DNA of 64,000 nucleotides from Candidatus Latescibacterota bacterium (GCA_965198115.1 OZ240241.1:1824001-1888000); one strand, 5' to 3'; shown: positions 31,970 through 42,416, numbered from the stretch's first letter. Numbers and translations are program-made. Notes: generated by a model from the sequence alone, not told the origin.

Positions 31970-32938
31970 GGTGGACCCTCCTTTTCGACCTACTGTAGGT
32001 CAACGGAGTGTCCAAGAAAACCCCGGGGCGCTGGACCCTTACTGCGCACGGCACCATACGACCAAGTGAAATCACAATGCGGCCATGCCTGCGAACGAGC
32101 AGGGCCATCAGATGCACAGGAACAGCAGAAGCCAGTAGTGATAGACGAAAAGCACCCAGAGGTCTCGACTTGCGTTCAGAAACACGACCAGGACAAGGAT
32201 GAGACCCAGGATCCTCCGATAGGTTCTCGTTTTCTCTCCTTCTACGGTAAACCCGTAGGCATCGACGAAGTGATTGAGCAGCACGGTGGCTGCCCCAAGG
32301 AGAGCCCAGACCAGCGCCATCCAGATGTAGGGCGTTTCCTGACCCGGCCAAACCCACTCCTGAAGGCCTGTCCAGTCGATGACGAGAACAAGCAGCGGCG
32401 TTACCGCCGCTACTCCCAGAAAGAACGACCAGTAGAAACGGATCAGCCCCACCTCCCCTGGCCGTTGACTGAGCTTTGTGTAGAAGCAGAGCGGAGTGCC
32501 GAGACTCAAGAAGTCCCACATCTCCGTGAAGAACCGCGTCAGGAAACTGAAATCCCCGTACGCGGCGGGACCGAGTGATCTCGGAATCAACGCGGTGGCC
32601 GCGACTCGAGTTGCGCCGACGACTACGCCCGCACTGAGTTTGTGTAGATACCGTGTTGATAGTGGGATCTCCGGGTCCAGAACTCTATCGCCCACAGGGC
32701 GTGCTCTTGGATTCTCCATCCGTGTCAGCTTCAAGGCACCGAGCTTCCCGCTTCAGAATATGCATCCAACGGCTACTCCAGCCTGCCTCGGCCAGGGCAT
32801 ATCGTCGTACGAAGAGTTCCTTACTGATTGTACATCAGTTTCATACCACCATTCTGCCGGATCCTGTTGGCACCTTGTTGCAGCATCTTCGACTCGATGG
32901 AATAGGATGCCTGCAGACGAAGCTTGTCGAAGTAAGGT

Positions 32939-33580
32939 GTCATGACCTCCGGCAAAGCCGGAGGCTTGAAAACTTGTGAACCGCTCAAAGCGGTTGGAAA
33001 CCAAGCGCCACCTAAAGGTGGCGATTACCTGAAAATGTTGAGCTGGTCGAGACTCAGGTCCTCCCGCTCCTGGTTCTGGATATACTCCCGAACCGTCTGT
33101 TCATCCTTGCCAACGGTGGAGACCCAGTAGCCTCTTGCCCAGAAATGCTGCCCGGTGAAGTTCGACCTAACCTACGTCCCAGATAGTTCCGAGCAATGTG
33201 AATCGCACTCTTTCCTTTGATGAACCCTACCGTCTGAGCTACTGAGTGCTTCGGCGGGATCGAAATCAACGTGTGCACATGGTCGGATCGCAGGTGACCC
33301 TCTTCCACACGGCATTCCTTCTGTGCGGCCAGATCCCGAATCACCTCGCCCAGATAGCGACGAATTTCACCATACAACACTTTTCTACGATACTTCCGAA
33401 CCCAAACAACGTCATACTTGCACTCCCAAACCGTGTGACGTAGACTCCTTACGTTGTTCATTAGAGAGCCTTCCTTCCGTGTGCTTTGAGCGGTCCACGG
33501 CAAGGGAGGCTCTTACATATTTCTGGAACTGTCAAACTCTGGGAGTCTCCCCGGCAGAGCCGGGGGCTTACCAAGGTTTA
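32939..33580 (-). mobile_element. IS200-group (Y1 HUH) element
   Basis: Subterminal hairpins cctccggcaaagccggagg and ccccggcagagccgggg. Removing the element restores the host reading frame with no duplication. Confidence 0.88.
33025..33461 (-). pseudogene. tnpA: IS200 TnpA transposase, frameshifted
   Basis: HTVWECKY, KYRRK, DHVH (HUH), GFIKGKSA. FWARGY..STVG...YIQNQ lies in another frame after a 5-bp duplication at 33165-33174. Confidence 0.88.
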
Positions 33581-33832
33581 GTTACATCAGGCCGTTCTTC
33601 CCAGGTGTCTCTGGACCAAACGAGGACTGTGGGCACGTTCGCAAGCAACGATTCCAGCATTGTCGTAGGACAATGATCAATGACCAGTAGCCTATATTTT
33701 CCAAGCTTCTATGCGACAACAGGCCATCATCCCATCCAACATCTGGAAACCTTGTCTGGATCCTGCTTCGAAACGTACTGATCACAATCCTCGTGATATG
33801 GGCGGGACACAACCTTTCGTCTGAATTGCTTA

Positions 33833-35095
33833 TTACTCCTGTTCTCAAATACGGTGACGTATTCTAAGCAGACTTTGCCAAGGGCGTATCGTAGAACCTG
33901 AGTTTGTCGATCATCTCCGCGAGATCTGTTCGTGTGAACTTCCATTTGAAGGGTGTGGCGATACGTCCGTAGCGTTCCTGAAAACCGAGGATTCTTGCCT
34001 CAAGCTCTTCGAGCGATGCAAATTCGATAGGTGTCAGAGCCTTGCGTTTGAGGATCGAGAAGTAGATCTCGATCTGATTGAGCCAGCTTGCGTGGATCGG
34101 AAGGTGAACGGGGTGGATGTTTGGCCACTTCCCCTGGATACGGTCGATGCATGTTTGCCCTCGGTGCGAGGAGCCATTATCCACGATGAGGTAGACTTTC
34201 TTTGCCGAGCAATAGGGTTTCCGGCTCATGATCAGGCTCAGGAGCCGGTTGAAGGGCTCGATACCCGAAGAAGACTCACAGAGACCGAAGATTCGACCAT
34301 TGTGCACGTCGAGAACAGCCAGATAGGCCAGGGCTCCTTTCCGCTCGTATTCGTGTTTCAACGCGTGCCGCTCTGTTCGAGGCTGGCGGTAGGGTAACGT
34401 GCTTGCGAGCTCGTGCTTGAATACTGGTCTTTTCGTCGGCAGAAAGTACATATTCCCTCGGCCCTAAAGGCTTTCCTTGCCATTGGCGGTGATACAGATC
34501 AAGGACTCTACCTGCTTTGGTTTGGAAGTCCGGGTCCCGTGGGAAAATCCAGGAGCGATGATACCAAGGACGAATCGCGTCCTCGTTCAACCAGCGCCAG
34601 ACAGTGGCGCCGCTGATCTTGGCAACGAAGCCCCTTTGCACTGCCTCGGCGGCAATCTCGGAACAGCTGAACCGCGAGAGCGGTATCCCGCTCTCGCTCG
34701 GTAGTTCACACGCCAGCGCCTTGATCTGAACGACCACCTGAGGGGGGAAAACCGGGCGGGCGCCCGGGACGAGATCTATCTTCGAGTCCCGAAAGACGCT
34801 CTTCGAAAAAGCGCTTACGCCATTTGCTTACGATCGGACGCGGGACATCCAACCGTTGGGCGATAATCTTGTTGGATAATCCCTCGGCGGCGAGAAGCAC
34901 GATTTTCGATCGGATCACTTTATAATACGGTAACGTATATTGTCCAGCCATTCGCTCGAGGTCGACCCGTTCCTTCTCAGACAGTAGCACCACATAAGGC
35001 GAACGTCTTGGCATTGTTCTCCTCCTTTTGAAGGAGAACATAAGCTACAAATAATGTTCAGGACATACGTAATAATATTTATTAAACCATGCACT
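33833..35095 (-). mobile_element. IS630-family element; transposase in three ORF pieces (34706-35041, 34276-34737, 33864-34451)
   Basis: HTH (VSKWRKRF..LEDRSRPGRP), SADEKTSIQ, HEYERKG, IVDNGSSH, HASWLNQIEIYF. Flanked by a duplicated TA. Confidence 0.88.
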
Positions 35096-35299
35096 TAGGC
35101 AGCAGGGAGAAAAACCTAACCTGTCGCTGAAAGTAGTCCTCCGATAGATCGCCTACCGAACCGACGTCGAATCGTTAGAAAAACCGAGGTTGCGTCGTCG
35201 AGACGTAAAGCACTAAATCTGAGTGATACTTCGCCAGCACCTTGGTGCGTTTCAAGATACATTCGGACAATTCCGGGTCGGGCACGTTCAGACTCACGC

Positions 35300-35894
35300 C
35301 CTCCTTTTCGTTCGCCCTCGGCAGAAATGCGCGGTCGTAGCGTCGGACCGCAACCGCCTCGCCGCCGAACGCCTCGGCATAGCATCCGACAAGACGGTCC
35401 CAATCGAAGGCATCCGAACCGAAAGACGCGGCATAGGACTGGAAGCTCGCGGAACAGCCCGAATGAACCTTCTGTGTGTGGAGCGACTCCAGGAACTGGT
35501 CCTGTCGACGCAGGTACACGATTGGGGTGTCGGCGAACCCCGCCGTCACTTCCCTGGCCTGGGTCGCCACCACCGGCGCGTTCTCATAACGTGTGTCGGG
35601 GTCACCAGACAGCTCCTCGTGGCTCACCTGATACGTCGCGTGCGCTCGCCTGGCCACGCGCCGGATCTGGGCCGTCAGCCGGTCGACCAGCTTGGCGTCC
35701 CGCTGACGGGTTCGCATCAGGGCCCGGACGTCGGTTGCATCCAGCGGGATGGGGGCAGCGCCTGCCCGTTTGGGCGCCCGCCTGCTCTCCCAGATCGCGT
35801 GCTGAATAGCGGTCGACCCGGTCTTGTGCGTCCAAATATGGAGCAGCAGGCGGGGTCCCGTACGTGCATCTGAATCAGGCGACATACCCAACAC
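35300..35894 (-). pseudogene. Truncated sulfotransferase-like copy A, fused to the LIC12162 remnant
   Basis: LHIWTHKTGSTAIQ...IVYLRRQDQFLESL...RRYD parallels 27464-28531, then switches to LIC12162 sequence near 35300. Confidence 0.82.
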
Positions 35895-35897
35895 CTG

Positions 35898-37475
35898 TCA
35901 GGAACCGCGGATCGCCGCGCGGATCCGCGAGACCGCCCCGTGAATGTCCCGCCGCTCGATCAGGAAGACTTGTGGCAGGGCATAGACTACGACAGAACAG
36001 AAACTCACGTGGAGCGCCCCTCCGGCAGCGAACGAGAGAAGCGGAAGCCCGATCACGTGGGAGGCGAGCCGGGTCGCGCCCAGGGCGGACAGACCGAACA
36101 CGACGATGCACGCGAGCTGATGCCGAAGAAGGGGCCAGAACTCCAGGCTCAGATATCGGGTGCTGAACCAGAGTCGCACATTCGAGAACGCAGCGGCGGC
36201 GACGACGGTCTTGAGCGCCAATCCCACGGCCCCCAGGCTGAGCCCATACCAGGACGTCGGCGCCAGAAGCCAAACCGTCAGCGCGAGCCGGAAGGCCATC
36301 TGCCACAGTCCCAGATCCTTGTGCAACCGTGTCTGCGCGGTCCCGTAGTAGAGTGCACCCAGCATCTGCGAGTACGACCGGAAGAGCGGGTGGATACACA
36401 TCAACGACACCGCCAACCCGGCCTGGGCATACGCAGAGCCACCCAACAACACCGATACGTTTCCCCCTTGTGACGCCATAAACAGCCCAATCAGCGCAGC
36501 AAGGGCGAAAACCACGGGCACGTAGCGGGCAAACAGGCGGGCCATGGCCTCGGTATCCTCTTGCCCGTGGGCTTTCGAGAACTCTCGCATCAGCAGCGGG
36601 GTCAGGGACAACGAGAAGAACGAGCAGAGCAGCCCGACGTCCTGGGACAGGGCAAACACGCCCTGCTCCGCCGACCCGTGGAGTTTCTGGAGCAACCAAC
36701 GCTCCACCACGGTCGTCAGGAATCCCGCGACCGTATAGACGACTAACGGCGAGGAATACGCGTAGAACTCCCTCACGTACCGGGCAGCCTCCGGCCGGTC
36801 GATTCTACCGAGCGAGAACAGGACGTGCCCGTCGCTTAGCACGATCCGTGCCCAGCCGATACACAGGAAAACCAGCAGCAGATAGTGGTAGATGAAGTAC
36901 GTCCACAGGCTGCGGTCCGCGGTGCGAAACACGGCGACTACGAGGACAATGCTCAGGAGCCCCCGATAGACTCTCGTCCGCTCTCCGGCGATAGTGAGAC
37001 CGTAAGCATCGATGTGGTGGTTGAGCAACGCGCTGAGCGCACCCAGCACACCCCAGCCGAGCCCCATCCAGACGTATCCGGATTCCTGCCCCGGCCACAC
37101 CCAGGCCCCCAATCCAGCCCACTGGACCCCGAGAAGCAGGAGCGAGGAGACCGCCGCGACCCCGACGAAGAACGTCCAGTAGAACCGGACTAGCCCCGTC
37201 TCGTCGGGCCGTTGGCTGATCTTGGTGTAGAAGCACAGCGGCGTTCCCATGCTCAGGAGGGACCACATCTCCGTGAAGAACCGGGAGAGAAAGCTGAAGT
37301 CCCCGTAAGCCATCGGGCCCAAGGACCGTGGCACCAGGGCGACCGCCACGAACCGGGCCGCGCCGCCAAGGAGACCGGCGCCCAGTTTGGACAGATACCG
37401 CGAAGAGAGCGGGCTCTCCTCTCCAGCTTCAGACACGTCTGCGGCCCGTAGGAAGGAACGGCCGCTGCAGGCCAC
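35898..37475 (-). CDS. Wzx/MOP-superfamily oligosaccharide flippase (intact copy)
   Basis: PRSLGPMAYGDF near the N-terminus and hydrophobic segments throughout. Start probably the GTG near 37436. Confidence 0.85.
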   Translation of the reverse strand: MACSGRSFLRAADVSEAGEESPLSSRYLSKLGAGLLGGAARFVAVALVPRSLGPMAYGDFSFLSRFFTEMWSLLSMGTPLCFYTKISQRPDETGLVRFYWTFFVGVAAVSSLLLLGVQWAGLGAWVWPGQESGYVWMGLGWGVLGALSALLNHHIDAYGLTIAGERTRVYRGLLSIVLVVAVFRTADRSLWTYFIYHYLLLVFLCIGWARIVLSDGHVLFSLGRIDRPEAARYVREFYAYSSPLVVYTVAGFLTTVVERWLLQKLHGSAEQGVFALSQDVGLLCSFFSLSLTPLLMREFSKAHGQEDTEAMARLFARYVPVVFALAALIGLFMASQGGNVSVLLGGSAYAQAGLAVSLMCIHPLFRSYSQMLGALYYGTAQTRLHKDLGLWQMAFRLALTVWLLAPTSWYGLSLGAVGLALKTVVAAAAFSNVRLWFSTRYLSLEFWPLLRHQLACIVVFGLSALGATRLASHVIGLPLLSFAAGGALHVSFCSVVVYALPQVFLIERRDIHGAVSRIRAAIRGS

Positions 37476-39237
37476 GCTGGACTTCCCTCCTCAGGAAGCG
37501 CACCCACTGTCGGGGCCACTCACGGTCGGCCTTCGCATACCGGTCGACGAATCGCTCGCGGGCCCTCTGCACCTCGCACGACCACCACCAGGATGGGTCC
37601 TGCTGGATGCGGCTGGCGGCTTCCGTCGGGTCGTGCAAGAGTACGCCAGACGCACGGAGCCTGTCGAAGAACGGCTGTGCTTCCGGCCGCTCCTCCCACG
37701 CTTCCCTGGACCACACAAGCACCGTTGGGACGTTCGACACGAGCGCCTCCAGCACCATCGTGCCACAATGATCGATCACCAGCAGGGCGTGCTTCCTGAG
37801 ACGGTCCGCTGACCGTTTCCCGTCGTCCCACATCAGGTTCGGCACCGCCTCGGTGATCCGATCGCGCACGCACTGGTCGTAGTCCGACGCGAACGGACAG
37901 TAGACGATCCTCGAGACGACGTGGTCGGGCAAAGCCTTGAGGACCTCGATCTGCCGGCCGAAGTAGGTTTCCGCCTGATCCCCTACCGGGGCGACGTTGA
38001 ACCGGCTGAGAAACCGCGAATGCGCGGAAGAAACGAACAGAATGGTCTCGGCTGGAGCAGCGTGCGCCCGTGGGTTGGGCCTCAGGATCTCCGACAGCTC
38101 CGGATCCGGAAGGTTACGTGTTCCTGCCTTCGATCCCGCCCATCCCCAGACCGCGAACACGTCGCTCAACCGTCGCTCGTGGCGTTCGGGAGCGGTGTAC
38201 CGATACTGGCCATAGCCGCCGCCGTGCTGCAAGGCGACCAGACGGGTTCCCCTCCCCGCACGATCGGCGATCACGAATTTGAGGAGGCTGTCGCGATACC
38301 AGCCCGTGGCCGAAACCACGACGGGGGGCACCCGTCTGTAGACCCTGCGGCTCTCTCGCACAGCCTCGGAAAAGCCCTCCAGATAGACCGTCGGCAGGTG
38401 CGAAGGAAGCATCGTCAGCCAGAGCCTCGTGAACTCGTCCGTCCCCGTGAGGTCGCCGAGCGATCTCCGCAGTGCGTGATCCGGACGGGGTTGACCTTGA
38501 GGAAGCGGCGCTTGAGGAATGGGCAACACCCGGAGACCCGAGCCAATCGCGAACCGCGCGTGGATACACAGGTCGCTGTGCATCCCCCACAGCCCCACGT
38601 GCCAGTGCTTCGCCCAGGCCGCTGTCATGATTCGGGACGAGTGGGTAGCTGCCCGCCCCAGGAGGTATCTGACCAAGAGCTTCCACGGCCGCCCGGGCGC
38701 CGGAATCCCGAACGCGTAGTCCTGCGTGCGGAAACGGCACCCGAGAAAAGCCAGGATCTGCGAAGCGATCTGAAGGTTATAGACATCCCTCGAAACGTGC
38801 AGCTGGTAGTCCTTGTAGTCTTGAGGACAGACGAAGGAGGTCGGGGCGAGACACAGCGAATCCAGGTCCGGATACTTGCTGAGTGCGTCCTTTATCATCG
38901 TGTAGCGATCGAACACGACGTGGACGAAATGCACAAGCCACGGACCCAGGAGGATGCGCCAGTAGCGATCGTCCCGACGGATGCCGTGCACCCGGTTCAA
39001 CGCGGACGCAACTGTCGACAGAAGGGACTCCGCCGTTTGGTCGAGTTGCTCGGCGGTCTCGAAGAATCGCACGCGATCGTTCCACGGGTTCCCGAGGACC
39101 TCGTAGTTAAAGCCCTTCAGCCTACCCCGTCGCGAGTAGATCAGACAACTCTTGGTCAGGAACAGGAGGGGCCGACTCACATCCCAGAACTCCTCGAGTG
39201 CCGTCGTGGCCAGAAAGCGTGCCACCCTCTCTACCAC
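37429..39237 (-). CDS. LIC12162-family (TIGR04331) putative transferase
   Basis: FLATTALEEFW, RYWRILLGPWL, LQHGGGYG, LEALVSNVPT. Start approximate. Confidence 0.8.
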   Translation of the reverse strand: MVERVARFLATTALEEFWDVSRPLLFLTKSCLIYSRRGRLKGFNYEVLGNPWNDRVRFFETAEQLDQTAESLLSTVASALNRVHGIRRDDRYWRILLGPWLVHFVHVVFDRYTMIKDALSKYPDLDSLCLAPTSFVCPQDYKDYQLHVSRDVYNLQIASQILAFLGCRFRTQDYAFGIPAPGRPWKLLVRYLLGRAATHSSRIMTAAWAKHWHVGLWGMHSDLCIHARFAIGSGLRVLPIPQAPLPQGQPRPDHALRRSLGDLTGTDEFTRLWLTMLPSHLPTVYLEGFSEAVRESRRVYRRVPPVVVSATGWYRDSLLKFVIADRAGRGTRLVALQHGGGYGQYRYTAPERHERRLSDVFAVWGWAGSKAGTRNLPDPELSEILRPNPRAHAAPAETILFVSSAHSRFLSRFNVAPVGDQAETYFGRQIEVLKALPDHVVSRIVYCPFASDYDQCVRDRITEAVPNLMWDDGKRSADRLRKHALLVIDHCGTMVLEALVSNVPTVLVWSREAWEERPEAQPFFDRLRASGVLLHDPTEAASRIQQDPSWWWSCEVQRARERFVDRYAKADREWPRQWVRFLRREVQRGLQRPFLPTGRRRV

Positions 39238-39899
39238 CTCTGGCGGAGAATCTGGAACGCCTCCGCCGATCGGAGGTTGGCCGCCATCCCGCGACAGGAG
39301 GCCATCACCTTGACCCCTTCGGCGGAGCGGGGGTTCGGAAACGCTCGGGCCTCCTCGACGTAACAGGCCAGAGCCTTCTGCTTCCGCTCCAGAAAGTCCT
39401 CGATATCCACGAAAAAGTTCGGGTGAAAGGCGCACTCCACGAGCGGAGGCGATTGCTCGGTTGAGGAGGGGACCTCGTAGCACGCGACCATCTCCAGCCC
39501 GCTATGCGCGCCGCTGATCGAGCGCAGACTGATCCACCCCGCTTCGAACGCCGACTGGTGGTCCTGGTGCGGGTCGCCGCGGTGGTTGATGTAGATCCTC
39601 TGGGGATCGAAGTCGGCTACGGCGGTCTCGATCACGCGGAGCACGTCCGAAAAGTGATCCCGCAGCCGCTCGTCAGGAAGCCGCGCGAACTCGACATCCT
39701 GGTAGCCCAAGACCTGCTTGGCATCCAGAGCGTTCGACTCCTCCCGCGCCAGACGCGCCTCGTCGAGCTGGTGGTCGTACACCCGGTTCGCCAGGAAGAG
39801 CACCTTGACACGATCGCCGGCCTCGAGGTGCCTGCAGATCGTACCACCGACCCCAAGGACCTCGTCATCCATGTGGGGCGCAATCACCAGGACCTTCAA
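39231..39899 (-). CDS. PIG-L/LmbE-family deacetylase
   Basis: APHMDDEVLG, DPHQDH, YEVPSSTE, FPNPRS. TTG start after GGAG. Confidence 0.9.
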   Translation of the reverse strand: MKVLVIAPHMDDEVLGVGGTICRHLEAGDRVKVLFLANRVYDHQLDEARLAREESNALDAKQVLGYQDVEFARLPDERLRDHFSDVLRVIETAVADFDPQRIYINHRGDPHQDHQSAFEAGWISLRSISGAHSGLEMVACYEVPSSTEQSPPLVECAFHPNFFVDIEDFLERKQKALACYVEEARAFPNPRSAEGVKVMASCRGMAANLRSAEAFQILRQRW

Positions 39900-39955
39900 T
39901 ACACACTCCAGTAAGGCTTGTCGGTCCCGTCGCGCAGGTCCGTGACGGCCGAACG

Positions 39956-40816
39956 TTACGGATAGTAGGCGCTGCACCTCGGGGCGAAGAACGCGTCGAG
40001 CCTATCCCTTGCGTCTTGGGTGATCACCCGCTCGCGCCCGATGATCCGCTCGTCGACAAGCCCGGCTCCCACCTCGGCGCCATCCTCGTAGAATCGGCCG
40101 AGGAAGGCGGCCATGTTCTCCTTCCGCCTTGCCGCCACGGACTCTGCTGGCAGTCCCTCGAGCACCTTGGTCAACGCCCTCGCCTCGACATCCTCGAACA
40201 GCACACCAAGAAATGCCCCTACCCGCTCCATGAAGCACGTCGGAGACGCGACGAGCTCCTCATACTTGACCACCAGCACATCGGGCTCCGAGAACAGCCG
40301 ATGGTAGTAGTCGAGGACCTCGTCGTAGAAGTAATCAGGCAGGAAGATCGGCTTCCGCTTGGGCAGCGCGAAGGGCGTCCGGGACCAGTCGAGATAGTCT
40401 TCGAATGGCAGGCTCCAGAGTCCCTCTCTTACCCAATGCTTGTAGAGAGACTCCAGCAGCGACACCGGATGCCGGAGGACGATCATAATCCTGGGAGAGC
40501 CGAAGGTCTCCCGGATACGCTTCGCCTGGCTGTAGATGCTGCTCGGATTCACGAAGTTCTCGGACGACAGCAGGTTCACCCGATCCGGGCTGAGCAGGGC
40601 TCGGACCCGCTTTGAGATCTCCGGACGTTCCTGCTCAAACCGGTAGTCGTCGAGGTAGTGCAGCTTGATCAGCCAGTCAGGATAGTTCCCGCAACTCCGC
40701 CCAAGGTAATTCAGATTCGGGTGGCCGTTGAACATCACGTCCTGAAGCCAGCTCGAGGCCGCCTTGCCGAATCCGACGTGTATACACAGTCGGCCCGTCT
40801 CAGTCGGTGTCGTCAC
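39956..40816 (-). CDS. Sulfotransferase-like protein
   Basis: IHVGFGKAASSWLQ, LSSENF, VLRHP..LLESLY, KYEEL. Confidence 0.78.
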   Translation of the reverse strand: MTTPTETGRLCIHVGFGKAASSWLQDVMFNGHPNLNYLGRSCGNYPDWLIKLHYLDDYRFEQERPEISKRVRALLSPDRVNLLSSENFVNPSSIYSQAKRIRETFGSPRIMIVLRHPVSLLESLYKHWVREGLWSLPFEDYLDWSRTPFALPKRKPIFLPDYFYDEVLDYYHRLFSEPDVLVVKYEELVASPTCFMERVGAFLGVLFEDVEARALTKVLEGLPAESVAARRKENMAAFLGRFYEDGAEVGAGLVDERIIGRERVITQDARDRLDAFFAPRCSAYYP

Positions 40817-41471
40817 GCGATCCGCCCTGGCTGCCCTCGGCCATCCGTCGCTCGAGGACCTTCTCGGCAAGCCAGAGATCGAAGTCGTCATCGATCTCGA
40901 TATTGCAGTCCCTCGGCACGATCATCGTACCAAGCCGATCACCATACTGTCGTCCTGACCGGATGACCGATGCGTCGACCACGTACACATTCCCGTCATC
41001 ACAGAAGAATCCCTTGACATCCTGACGCCGGTAGACGTCGTGAACCCCGTCCTCGACCTCGCCGAAGGGCTTGTCCTTGCTGATGAACCCGGTCGCCAGA
41101 CAGCTTGGTCTCGTGCTCTCGAACAGAGCGATCGCCCGGTCGATCAACCCGTCGTCGCGTATCGGAGATGTGGGATAGAGGTTCACGAGGATCTCGGCGG
41201 GGCACACGTCGAGGGCGTGGGCCCATACGCTCAGCGAGGTCGCCTCGTCCGTCGCCAGCTCCGGGGGCCGATCCACCACCTCTGCGCCTGTCGACCGCGC
41301 CACGCACGCGATCTCCTCGTCGTCCGTCGAGACGAGAAACCTGTCGAGCCGCGTAGCTTTCTGGGCGGCCTCAATCGTCCAGACGATGAGGGGTTTGCCC
41401 GCGATAGGCTTGACGTTCTTCCTCGGAAGTCCTTTCGATCCGCCGCGGGCGGGGATGAGACCGAGCGTCAA
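40800..41471 (-). CDS. Acylneuraminate cytidylyltransferase (NeuA/PseF/LegF family)
   Basis: IPARGGSKGLPRKN, VSTDDEEI, PTSPIR, IEIDDDFD. Confidence 0.92.
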   Translation of the reverse strand: MTLGLIPARGGSKGLPRKNVKPIAGKPLIVWTIEAAQKATRLDRFLVSTDDEEIACVARSTGAEVVDRPPELATDEATSLSVWAHALDVCPAEILVNLYPTSPIRDDGLIDRAIALFESTRPSCLATGFISKDKPFGEVEDGVHDVYRRQDVKGFFCDDGNVYVVDASVIRSGRQYGDRLGTMIVPRDCNIEIDDDFDLWLAEKVLERRMAEGSQGGSRDDTD

Positions 41472-42416
41472 CAGGCTGTTGGGCTCGCTTTCTCTAAGAC
41501 CACGAAATCATAACCCCCTTCGGGATTATCCCGCTCACTTTCATAAATTGGCAGGAGCAATTCCTTGCAGATAGCAATCCACTCACGCTTGTGCCTGCGC
41601 CGTGATTCTCGTTCCATGGAATTCGCCATGCTGATTAAGACCGGCGAAAGCGGACGCAACCCGATATCCCAGATCTGAAGCACTAAGGGGGAAAGATATT
41701 TGCGGTGTTGGATAGGACGGAGCCCCAACCGACCGGCCAGACCTTCCACCTCGTCAATCGCGAGTTGCCAGAACGTTGAATCTGACCGCCCTTCGATTAA
41801 GACGCTGGAGCAGCCGGGCGTAATCTGGCCAATCCGCGCTTCTGTAGGATGGGCAATAACGTTCGAAATCAAGAGATTGGAGGCACAGAAACGCTCGTCC
41901 ACCAGGACTTAGAACCCTGGCTACCTCCGAAAGACAGTGCTCGGGGTTAGGTAGCCAGTAGAGCATGTTGGAGAAAAGGGACTTGATCGACTCGCTCTCG
42001 AATGGCCAAGTCTCAGCCGCGTCGCCAATTTTGTATTCTCCATACAAGTGGAGGAAGTCGGCCTGTCTTCTGAGGTTCTCCTTGTGATCTAGTGCAAAAT
42101 CGTAGACCCACTCAGGCTCTCGCACAATTTGCTCGGTCGACCCGAACCCTGAGTAGTTATCGTAGATGTCTGCGTTTTCCCAGAAGGCATCTAAATGACC
42201 AGCATTAAGGAACTGATCGTAGTCATGACTGAGGGCTCCCCCCGCACACGTAAAGCTGAACAAGCCGTTTCCGGCTCCCACGTCAAGAGAAGGACCTTCG
42301 ATCGCAAAGCCGCAGTTTCGAACGGCTATGGCGTCCCACAGTGCACTCTCTGGTCGAAGCCATTGCAGGTTGAGGAAGTCCTCAAGGAATGTGTCTGAAT
42401 ACGGATCTGAGCTCAA
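41468..42416 (-). pseudogene. Class I SAM methyltransferase, frameshifted near 41792
   Basis: WLRPESALW, SLDVGAGNG, RVLSPGG in 41754-42416. Continues as GRSDSTFW...IWDIGLRPLSP in 41468-41902. Confidence 0.75.

Larger units (their letters stand above)
30656..32035 (-). mobile_element. IS3-like two-ORF element
   Basis: Ends tgtaaagcccgcggttgtctggacactc / gagtgtccaagaaaaccccggggcgctgga. Flanked by the direct repeat cccttactgcgca. Confidence 0.88.
28541..32719 (-). pseudogene. Wzx-like flippase copy B, split by IS256 and IS3-like elements and point lesions
   Basis: Pieces 32049-32719, 30430-30655 and 28541-29055 align in order with the intact flippase at 35898-37475 (e.g. PRSLGPAAYGDFSFL, ERWLLQRLHGS, HPLFRSYSQMLG). 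Confidence 0.9.
32735..35300 (-). pseudogene. 3' remnant of LIC12162-family transferase copy B, split by IS200 and IS630
   Basis: Pieces 35096-35300 (NVPDPELSE..EDYFQRQV), 33581-33832 (WDDG..WEERPD) and 32735-32938 (QDPAEWW) match the C-terminus of 37429-39237. Confidence 0.82.

Noticed and set aside
32945-33570. Clustered hairpins as a CRISPR array or ncRNA
   Set aside because: There is no repeat-spacer periodicity, and the hairpins are explained as IS200 subterminal structures.
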